Positions 24,073 to 34,646 of a DNA stretch of 64,000 nt are shown here, in pieces. Each line of letters starts with the position of its first letter. Position 1 is the stretch's first letter. The notes under the pieces were generated by a model. That model was given only the letters and a program-made list of their open reading frames with translations, ran no database searches and was not told where the DNA came from. Source of the DNA: Moniliella sp. 'wahieum' (Eukaryota); the NCBI GenBank assembly GCA_003971905.1, contig RSEE01000064.1, positions 248,001-312,000 on the forward strand, written 5' to 3'. The position numbers and the translations under genes are program-made.

Positions 24073-24678
24073 TGGAAGTTAAATTGCATTCCCAGTGGAA
24101 TGTTGATGTTTGTTGTGTTGGCACAGGGCGAGCGAGGCAAGGCGGCGCGCATCACCTGCATCATGCATCCGCATCACCCTGCTGAGGCCTCATCGATCAT
24201 CGTGGACGTCATCCACGTCATGCACCATGGATGATTGGTGACTGAATTGTGATGGCTAGATAGACGATCTGAGATCCAGCGCAGACCGCCCGGCCCACGG
24301 CGTGGTTCTGTCCGGCAGCCGGGTTGGGGTTATTATTGGGGGGGGATTCCATCTTGGCTTGGGCGACGCTGACGCTCAATCTGGCACCCAGCACGCTCCC
24401 GTTCCCATTCCCGTTCCCGTTTCCGTTTCCGTTTCCGTTCCCGTTCCCGTTGACTTTTCGCGTGGCTGGAGCGGACGCGCGACGGGACTGAGTACTGAGT
24501 ACTGACGGTGCTGATTCGCGACTGGCTGAGCTGAGCGACGAATGATGTTCCCGCGGCTGCTCCCTTCTGTCGCCCGCGCACCCGACTACGCGCCGCAACT
24601 TGCTTCTCCCTCGGCCCCAGCCGGACAGGTGCCTACCGTTCTCCCACCACCCGCGTCGCTCGCACACCACGTACCACC

Positions 24679-26658
24679 ATGCCACCCAACACCTCCCACA
24701 CCTCGCCCGCCTCGCCTGCGCCTCTCGTCCCGGCCGCCGCACCGGGCCACCGCCGCGCCGCCTCGGCCATTGTCCTCGTCCCCCCTGTCTCTGCCTCTGC
24801 CTCAGACTCGCATCAGACTTACCTCTGCTTCGGCCACTGTCTCTGCATCGGGCACGACGATAAGCGAATACAACCTTCTGCTCCTGCAACGTTCTGCCCG
24901 CGGCAAGTTCCGCAACGCGCTCGTCTTTCCTGGTGGTAAAGTCGACCCGGCCGATTTGGCCACCGCTCAGCACCTCCTTCACCTAGCCCATCCCCACACG
25001 CACCCCATCAGCAGCAAGGTCAAAATCAACAGCAAGGTCAACATCAAGATCCAGAGCACCGTTCTACCCTTTGGTCCTCCGGCTGCGGATCGTTGGACTG
25101 TAGCTCTAGCCGAGCGGACGCTGGCAGTGCAAGAACTGGGGGTACGCGTGGCGGCGCTGCGGGAGACGTTGGAAGAGACAGGTTTGCTACTGGTTCCAAC
25201 GGCGATCGTGGAAACCAGCTTGACGCCCACGGGGGGAAACGCACGAGGAAAAGGAGGAGAAGTAAGAGGAGAAAAAGGAGGAGAAGGAGGAGACCCAACG
25301 GGGCACCCAGTGGGGCATTTAGGTGGGCACCCAACGGGAGTGATGGTCCCGCCCCTGTTTTCTCCGCTGCTACCGTCAGATTGGGGTTACAGCGAGGCGA
25401 GTGGCACGAGCTGATTGACCATGTGCACACGAACCCCGAAGCATTCGGTGCGTTGCTTTTCCGCCATGCCGCGACCGTGGTACCGCATCATCACCATCAT
25501 CATCACCATCTACTTCTTCCGCTTCACTTCCACTTCCACTTCCATTTCTCCTTCTTCTTCGTGGCCTTGTTCAACGTCTTACTCTGCGCCACTGACCGCG
25601 ACGGTCCGCGAGTCGGCGGTGACAGCTCTGCTCGACGGTTGGCCGCAGTACATGCGCTGGTGCGCGCCCATTGGCCTGGCGGGCCAAGCGTCCCCCAAAC
25701 ATAAATTCGACACATCGTTTTACTTGCTCTACCTCGATCGGCCCATCGGTACGGGTCCCGCTTACGTCGCCCCTCACCAGTACTTCACCCAGTACTGCAC
25801 CCAACACACACCCAGTACTTCACCAGTGGCGAGCGCACCACCGCCCCCAACCCCTGGCCGAAGGCACTCCCATCGCGCGTCCGGACGGGGCGGAACTTAC
25901 GGCGCTAGAGCTCTGTCGGGCGGGGGAAACGGTAGCCAGTGCGTTGGCAGGCCACAAGACGCTCTACCCCCTCAGTTGTACATTCTTTCTGAGCTTGCGC
26001 AGTGGCAAGACGACGCTGCTACTACTACTTCTTCTTCTGCTGCTGCTGCTGTTGGAGAAGCACTAAATGGTGAAAGGGGAGGAAGGGGAGGAAAGGAGGT
26101 CTTCCCTCTCTCGATTCATCCCATCCCATTTGTCCCCCTCGTCCAATCCACCAGCAGCACACCACCAGCAGCAGCATATCCGGTAGCGATGCCGATGCCA
26201 ATGGTATCCGCAGCACTGACCTTGTTCCCCCTGTTCCCCCTGCCGTGATGGGGGTGATGTTACTTGGGCAAGACGATGGGTACGGTCTTGCGGCGCAAGA
26301 TCCCAAGGCCGCTCTTGCGCGGTCCACCCTCGTTGGGGTGGTGCGGGCGGATGGGACGTACACCGCTCCTGAATCGACGGATGGGACGTACCTCTCTCCC
26401 GAACTGACGGGTGGGACGTACGTCAATCCCGAATGCGGGCGCGATACTGTGCCCTCGGGCACGGAGCCGAGTGTGCATCGGATTTATGTGAGGCCCACGG
26501 CGACGGGGTTTGTGCCGGTGGCAATTCGACGGACCAACGTGCGCGGCAGGAAGGATTTGTGTGTGGGTCGGCTGGATGCGGTGCATGGCGGGGGCGCGGC
26601 GGATGCCGTGGATGGTGCGAGTGGGCAAATGGGTGGTATAAGGGCAAGTCGATTGTAA
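24679..26658 (+). CDS. NUDT19-like Nudix hydrolase (putative acyl-CoA diphosphatase) with C-terminal PTS1
   Basis: RRAASAIVLVP; YNLLLLQRSARGKFRNALVFPGGKVDPAD; VAALRETLEETGLLL (split Nudix box); RWCAP...KFDTSFYL; PDGAELT; PPQLYILSELA; HRIYV; ends GIRASRL*. Several frameshifts. Confidence 0.85.
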
Positions 26659-28645
26659 TGCATCGAAGGAGAAATGCGGTGGCGGGGATAGGGGGGTCAG
26701 GCGGCCAGCGTCAGTGGTCGGGGATCGGTTGGGTCTGGAGTGGGTTGCGGTCCATGTTCCATGTCTATATCCTGCATGCTAGGCATCGATGCTCTCTCTT
26801 GCACCTACCGTCGCCAGTATATTCCCACCATGCATGCCCACCATACGCCAGTATATCCCCATCATACGCCAGTATATCCCCACCATGCTCACCACCATGC
26901 CATCATGCCCACCATACACACGATGCACGCCATAACGCCCGGCCGACTGGGTCGGGTGTACGCACGGCGATGCTCCTCGACTCGGTACTAGGTACCCATA
27001 CCCCTCCTGCTCCCGCGCTCGAAAAATGGGTCGATTCAATTCAATGGTTCAACGGGTCGCGGATTCAGGATCTCGGATTCAGGATCGCGGATTCGACGGA
27101 CCGGTGGATCACGAATGGTCGAGAGCAGTGGAACGGGGCGAAGAGGGAGCGAAGGAGAAGAAGAAGGAGGAGAAGAAGAAGGAGAAGGAGAAGGAGGAAC
27201 CGATACGAAGAGGGTGGGGCGGTTCATAGACCCCAAGCGGCCTGAGAAAGAAAAGACCAAAGAGAACCGAGTCAAACGAGAAAAGGGGCAAAGACAAAGG
27301 AGAAACAAAGCGAAAAGCGAAAAGCGAAAAGCGAAAAAAGACAAGTGGAACAGGGGGAAGTGATGTGAAGGGCAGGGAAAGTGAACTCTGAACTGAACTG
27401 AACTAATATGGGGGTGGAGTAGAGAGGAGAGACGAGAAGGGGAGGGGAGGGGAGTGTAGCGTGGGCAACGGCGAGTACTGAGTACTGAGGCGAGAATCCA
27501 GGACCGTGGAGGAAAGGCGAGGGATGGAGCAGGGTTACCATGTTGCATGTTACAAGGCAAGGGGAACGAAGGGAAACGGCGCGAGGAAACAGAGAGGAAG
27601 AGACTGAGGAAAACGAAAGCAAAACCGAGAGGAAAGCGAAACAGGGGCCGAACAACGAGGCGAACGGAAACACATCATATTGTGGCATGTGGCATGCGAG
27701 GTGTGGCATGTAGCATGCGACGTGTGACATGCGAGGCATATGAGATGTGACATTGCGACATGGCAGGAGGAGACAAACTGACGTCGGCGTGTCCTGGAAA
27801 CTTTTTGCAGTCGCAAGCCAAGCCCAACCAAGCCCAACCAAGCCCAACCGAGCCCGACCGAGCCTGAGCCCGACCGACCGCCCGACCAACAGGAGTGCGT
27901 GGACCGAGCGCACCAGCAGGATTTATCGATTCTCCATTCTCCATTCTCAATGAAGCGCAGCTAAACGTTAACAACACGTTGCCGGTAACCCGTAACCCGT
28001 AACCGCGCCAAGAAACGCCACCGCGCACGCACAACCAATCCCACGCATAGTCTCCCACCAACGAAAAAAACGAAGCCAAAACGCAGCAGAAAAAAAGAAA
28101 GAAAGAAAGAAAGAGATCATCGATCATTTAAAGATTAATCTTTGAACAGTGAAACGGTGAACGTGAACAGTAGTGAAGCTTGAAGCTAGGGAAGCTAGGG
28201 AACCTAGGGAAGCGTGAAGCTAATGGAGCTTCCGTGAAACTCTAGTGGAGCTAGTTGAGCTTGAAGCTAATGACTAGCTTGACTAGCGTGAAACGTCCAA
28301 GTGAATCCAGTGGTCATGGAACATGGAACATGGAACGGCCATGGAACGGCCAAGGGCCGAGCCCGAGCCTGGCCACCAGAACCACCACGGCCACCAGGTC
28401 ACACAAAAAAAACAGAACATAAAGGGGCCAGAGCGCGGAAAGTGAGGAGCTAAGGTGCTGCGGGAAGGAAGGAGAGCGGGAGCGGAAGGAGAGGGGAGGG
28501 AGAGACAAGGGAGGCAAGGAAGGTAAAAGGTTGAGTGTTGACGATTCACGTGAATATTGAGGAGTTTAATATTGAGGGGTTGAAGGGTTGAGGCCTGAGG
28601 GTGGGGGGGGGGTTGAGGGAAACAGAAACGGGCATGGAGACACGC

Positions 28646-30879
28646 TTACGGGTAAATGCGATCAATGTCCTTCTTATACTTGGCCTCGACCTTCTTACGT
28701 TCGATTTTCTGAGCGGCAGTCATGTCCAGTTCGTCCGGGACAAGCAAGACAGTTTGGAGCAACTGGAGCGGGGCAAAGCGAGCGCCTTACCCGTGGCAGT
28801 GAGGGAAGCCAAGACGTACTGAGCAACCGGTTTCGAGTCGCACAACTTGTGCAAGTCCCAGTCCGGTTCGACGCCAGGCACGTCACCAGCTTCAATGCGG
28901 GTGCGCAAGTTGGCTTCGTTGGGGAAGACGACGCCCATGGCCTTGTTAGCGTCCGAGTTGGCAACAACACAAATGTTACCGACCAAAACGTTGCTCTTGT
29001 ACGTGCTCTCCAACGCTTCCAGACCAATGTACTCCCCGCCCGCCAACTTGACCAAATTCTTCTTACGGTCAATCAACGACAGTGTGCCGTCCTTGTTGAA
29101 TTGGCCCACGTCGCCCGTCATGAGCCAGCCCTCGTCGTTGATCGTTTCCTTGGTCAACTCGGGCTGCTTGTAGTACCCGGCACACACGGCCGGACCACGG
29201 ATCCACACCTCGCCCTGCGGTGGGTTGTTGGTCGCCTTGTACCCAGCCTCGGGCACATCCACCAACTTGACTTCGATCGCAGGCGAGATGACGCCGACGC
29301 TCGACATGGAGTTGAACTCCGGGGTGCAAATGGCGCACATGGCCGACGACTCGGTCATACCGTACCCCTGCAGAATCTGGACCAGGGTGGTATCGATAAA
29401 GGTTTGGGTGGCGTGCGAAATGGGTGCGCCGCCCGACAAGGACAAGCGCAGTCGGCCGCCCGTCTGCGCCCGCACTTGGCCAAACACCAAATCGGCCACA
29501 TTCTTAACCAGGGGCAAGCCGCTCGATTTGAGCGCGAGCGCCGTGTTGAACACTGTCTTTTTCAGTGCACCGCCTTGGTTCACCTTGGCCAAAATGCCCT
29601 TGCGGATCGTCTCAAACACCGTCGGCACGCCCACCAACAAGGTAGGTCGGAACTCTTGCAGATCGCCCTTGCAGTTGCGCACGCTGGCATTGGTCAACGT
29701 CTTGACCCGGCCATAGCCCAACGTCAAGCCCAGGTGGATCAACGAACATTCCGCCACAAATTCAAGAATGTGCGCCAGGGGCAGGTAGGCCAACAAGGTA
29801 TCGTCCGCAGCAAAGTACGGGCCGAGGAGCAAGGTCACCGTACCCACCGATGACACGACATTCTTGTGCAACAGCAACACACCCTTGGGCTGGCCCGTGC
29901 TGCCCGAGGTGTACATGATGCAGGCCAACGAGTCGGGTGAGGGCAAGGTGGGTTCCCGGTCCACCGTCTTGCCCAGCTCAATGAGCTCGTCGAGTGTCAA
30001 GGTTTTGCCGCCGCGTTCGGTCAGCACGGCATCGAGCGCGGCAGCCTTGCCCGCCTCGTCCTTGCCATCGTAAATGACATACTTGAGGTGGGGCGTGTTG
30101 GCCACCACCTTGGCCAACATGGGCAGCAGATTGGCATTGGTAAACATGCCGACCACTTCGGGTTCGTCGAGGGAAAAGGTCAGACCATCTTCGCCCAGCG
30201 TGTCGTACGCCGTGCAAAAGACGATGCTCTGGCGGAAGCAGGCGTGGGCGACAAGCTGCCAGTTGAGGCTGTTGGAGGGTTGGGAAGCAAGCAGCAAGTC
30301 AGTCCACCCACTCGAAAATCAGAGCGGTGAGATAGCGAGCAACACGTACCAGGTCTGGGAGTAGATGTTGAAGTGGGTGTCCTTGTTGAGGCCGAGGGCC
30401 AAGAGACCGTTGGAGATGGCCTTGACCTGCTCCAGCATTTCCGTGTAGGAGATGTACTGCGGGGGTCGGGGTCAGAAGAAAAGAAACAAGAATGGGGAGG
30501 GGAGGAGAACATACGTGGTAGTGGGACAGTTCGTAGAACTGCCAGTTCTTGGTCTCCTTGATCTCCTTGCCGCCGACAGTCTTGGTGACCTCCTTGGCTT
30601 CGTGTGCACCTTGATCACGTCGCGCCACCCGGCGGCATGCTTGGAGCCAAACTCTGCGGGGGGGGGGGGGGGGGGGGAGGGGGTCAGGAGTCCGAGGCAC
30701 GCGGGGAGGAAGGAGAGGAGACGTACTTTTGGCGGCGGCGGGCAGGAGGTCGGCCATGGTGTTGATGCCGTCGGCGGGGCGCTCGACGAGGTGGTCGGGG
30801 CTGAGGAAGGCGCGGTGGACGCGGGTCTCGCCGGGGCGGGCAGGGCCGCCGACGGGCGACGGGAGTGGGAGCGGGCCAT
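28646..30879 (-). CDS. FAA1: Long-chain fatty acyl-CoA synthetase (Faa1/Faa4/Lcf1 family)
   Basis: GETRVHRAF; EAKEVTKTVGGKEIKETKNWQFYELSHY; TAYDTLGEDGL; CIMYTSGSTGQPKGV; LAYLPLAHILE; LSGGAPIS; QGYGMTES; GWLMTGDVG; IDRKKNLVKLAGGEYIGLEALES; TAAQKIERKK...IDRIYP*. Introns 30726-30654, 30514-30457 and 30349-30269. Confidence 0.96.
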
Positions 30880-31189
30880 GGGTGGAGTGGCGGTGGAGGT
30901 GGTGGTGGCGGGAGAGGGAGCGGCGGCGGCTGAATGCTGGGGAGGCGTCGGCCCAAAGCTCCCAACGCGTCGAAGCGCAACCGCAGAACCACAAACCACC
31001 AACCCCAGCGCGCTGCCGCCGCCCGCACCACGCGCCAGTGCATCGCGCAGGCGCCGTCGCGTGATTGGTGTCGGCGACGTCATCGCGCGTGTGTTCCGCG
31101 CCGGGGCGGAACGCGCATCGAACTGGCAATCAATGTCCATCGAACTGGCTGCGGCGCTGTCTGAATGGTCCGCGGGGCAATATCAGCAT

Positions 31190-31252
31190 CAATAGCAATA
31201 GCAATAGCAATAGCAATAGCAATAGCAATAGCAATAGCAATAGCAATAGCAC
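31190..31252. repeat. (AATAGC)n microsatellite in FAA1/MFS divergent promoter
   Basis: About 10 perfect hexamer units. Confidence 0.95.
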
Positions 31253-31552
31253 TAACCCCTCCCGAGCACGCCCAAGCGCGTGGAGGGCATCGCGTGGAGG
31301 GTGACGGTGATGGCGCGTGGACGCTCTGCGAAGGCACTCACGCGTCATGCCAGGGGCTCGCCGCTGCCCAACACCGCCGCCCTTGCGCCCACCCGCCGCC
31401 CTGCCCGCGCAGGGGCAGTGTCCTGCGCCGCCGCCCTCGCGTCTCTGCGCCGCATCCCACGCACACAAGTCGATAAAGACCGCAAAGCACATAACACCCT
31501 CCCGTCCCATCCCCATCCCCATCCCCATCCCCATCCCACCCCCTCCCCCACC

Positions 31553-33488
31553 ATGACCAACCAACCAACCCCGACACGGCGCCCGCGGCCACCCCCTCCG
31601 CCCGCGGCCCTTCTTCTACCTCGTCGTGCTCTTTTCACGCTCAGCTCCTTCTCCTATGGCTACGGCATTGCCGAGCTCAATGCCCCAGGGCGCACTGACC
31701 TGCTACCCCACCGCCTCCTCCTCCGACGCCCCCCCGCTCGACTGCCTCGGCCTGACCGACACCCAGTTCGGCCTCGTCACCGCCCTCTTCACCGTCGGAG
31801 GCCTGGTCGGCTCCGCCACCCTGCCCTGGTCCAGCGCGCCCTCCGCCTCGGCTTGCGCGGCTCCCTCTTTGCTGCCCTCACCCTCAATGCCCTGGGCAAC
31901 GTGCTGATTGCCGTGGCCCAGTCGGGTGCCGTGGCGGGTCTCGGGCGCCTGGTCACTGGTCTCGGCTCGGGCTTTTCCTTGGTCGCCGTGCCCGTCTACC
32001 TCAAGTACGTCTTTGCCTGCCTTAATTGGCTTCCCTTGCCTCTCTCCCTGCTCAGATGCCTGCATACGCCCTAGCCCTAACCCGCCTTTCTTTTCTTTTC
32101 TGTGATTTCCCTCCCTTTCCTTTCGCTTCGCTTCCACAGCGACATCTCCCCGCCCTCGATCAAGGGCTCGATCGGCGTGCTGAACCAAGTGGGCAACGTG
32201 GTGGGCATCGTGGTTGCCCAAAGTGTTGGCGTTGCCCTGGCCTCGTACGCGACCAGCCCAGGCGGAGGCGAGCAGAGGAGCAGTGCCTGGCGGTTGGTCC
32301 CCCTGATGAGTACAGCCATGTCCTTGGCCCAATTGATCTGGGGCGTGGTGCTGGCTGTCGATGGACCCGTGTCGACGGAAACCAGCGGCGGCGCACAAGC
32401 CAAGGCGCAAGCCGATCACATTCGGGACTTGTTGTGGGTGGCCGAGCCTACTTCCGTCTCGGTCGGTGCTGTGGAAGCTTCCCCGTCCCCACCAGTCCCT
32501 CCCACCGCGACAACCACTGCCACTGCCACTGCCACTGCTACTGCCACCGCCGCCGCAGCCAGCCCCTCGGCCCCTGACACGACCGACGAACGTCAACCGC
32601 TCCTTTCCTCCCGCCCGCCCGCGCCGTCTTCGACGCCTGCCGCGCTTGCCGATGACCAGCTGCCCGCCGGCCCATCACGGTCAAAGCTCTGTTTACCGAC
32701 CCGGCCTTGCGTCCGGGAATGTGGATGATCGTAGTGACCCAAGTGGGCCAACAATTGTCGGGGCTGAATGCGATTCTGTACTACTCGTCGGGCATCTTGA
32801 GCGACCTGTTTGCCGATCATGCCAACAAGGATGAGATTGTTCGGACCTTGTCGGTCACCATCACGGTGGTCAATGCGCTGATGACGTACGTCCCCCCCCC
32901 CCCCCTGTCCCTGTCCCCCCTTTCCTTGTGCAAACGACCTACGATGAGTAGGGTCGACTTCTGGGTGTATCCCGAGTGCCCGCATCCTGACCTCCTCCCC
33001 CCTCCCCCCCCCCCTTCACCTTGCTCTCCTGATGGTTGGTATTTCCACCTCCGAACCAGGTTCCCGCCGATTCTGCTCGTGTCGGAGAAGGTGTTTGGGC
33101 GGAAACGGCTGCTGCTACTCTCGACGATGGTCTCTGTGATCGCGACATCAGTGCTGGGCTTGAGTTTGGAGCTGACCCTGCCTGGCTGGCTGGCGGCACT
33201 GATGATCTTAGTATTTGTGACGGGGTTCGCGGTAGGTCTGGGACCTGTACCATTTTGATTTTGCCCGAACTTGTACCGCCGCAAGCTGCGTCGTTGGCTG
33301 GTTCCGTCGGCTTGAGCATCAATTGGCTCAGCAACATTACGCTTGCCTCGACGTTTTTGCCCCTTCGTCGTGCGCTGTCGTACCTCGATGGCGGGAAAGG
33401 CGGGTTGGTCTACTGCGTGTTTGCTGCGATCAACTTGCTCACTTTCCACCTCGTTCGCAAGTACTATGTCTACCGTGGACCCGAGTAA
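31553..33488 (+). CDS. MFS sugar-porter family transporter (Vps73/YBR241C-like)
   Basis: LSSFSYGYGIAELNAP..LTC; CLGLTDTQFGLVTALFTVGGLVGS; GRLVTGLGSGFSLVAVPVYL|DISPPSIKGSIGVLNQ; QVGQQLSGLNAILYYS; FGRKRLLLLS; FAVGLGPVPF..LPELVP; GLSINWLSN. Introns 32005-32139 and 32886-33059. Confidence 0.92.
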
Positions 33489-34646
33489 AAACAAACCCAA
33501 ACGCGTACCGTTTTCGCCTTCACCTTTTACGCTTTAAGCTTTATCCTTCACCCTTCACCCTTCACCTTCACCCTTCACCCTTTACGCGTTCGCCGTATCC
33601 TTTACGCTTCAAGCTCCAAGCTCCATGTTCCCCTTCCGGTTCCTGCCATTCACGTTCCACTTGACTTCCTGCACATGCATTTCCTGCCCTTTGTCTTTTA
33701 CTCTTTGCTCATTTCCTCCTTTCCGCCTCAATCAACTTCTCTACCTAGGAAATAAGGAAATAGTCAAAATCAACTTTTCTCGCTAGGCCCCAGCCACCCG
33801 TGCACCCGAGAAGCGAGAAACGAGAAGAGAACCCCCGCCCATGCCATCATCCATCCTGCCCTCCCTGGAAGACGGGGAGGGGGGGAAGCAATAAGCAGTA
33901 CAGCAGAGACACGTGGCCAATGGCGGGGAAACAATCAAGCCACGAAGTAATCAAGAGTAGGCGGGAAGGGCGGGGGGAGGGGGGGGATTGCTCTATATGC
34001 TCGATCCGTTCGATCCGTTCCATATATGCTCGCTACGCTCGGTATGCGCGGTACGCAAGCGGAGTAACCAACGCAAGTCAGATCAGTCAGAGGAAGAGAA
34101 AAAAGAGAGAGAACAAGAGAAAGAAAAAAGAAGAAAGAAAAGAGACGAGCTCAGCAGAGAGTAGAATAACATCACAAGCGCGTTCTCGTTGCATTTGCCT
34201 ATCGCCTATCGGCTATCACCTATCGCCCCGCCCCTATTGCCTATTGCCTATTGCCTATTGCCTATTGCCTCTTGTGGGTTACAAGTTACAGGCAGACGCT
34301 GAAGCGACCAACCATCAAATCGAATCGCCTCGGATCGAATCGCCTCGGATCGAATCGCCTCGGGTCGAGGGAGAGGAAAGAGAGGGGAAATAGTGGCAGG
34401 GTACGACGTGCCGGGGTAGTAGGGGCCAGACAAGGAGAACGTCCGGGAAGCGCAGACGCAGGTGGCGCAGAGCGGGGCGCAGAGCGGGGCGCAGAGCTGC
34501 TGTTGTGATGTGATAGGGACACAAAGGAACCGAAGGGGTAGCGAAGATGATCGATGAGGGGAGATAACAGAGAGGATAGAGAGAGGATAGAGATGAGGAT
34601 CAGGCACGATCCAGATCCCGATCCCGATCCCGATCCTGATCCCAAA

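Noticed and set aside
28588..29853. Long plus-strand ORF (421 aa) and similar long ORFs such as 56684-57862
   Set aside because: These are antisense shadows of FAA1 and the ABC transporter, expected from GC-rich codon usage.
32070..32084. CCCTAGCCCTAACCC as telomerase template or interstitial telomere
   Set aside because: Too short, and it lies in an MFS intron where CTAAC is a plausible branch point.
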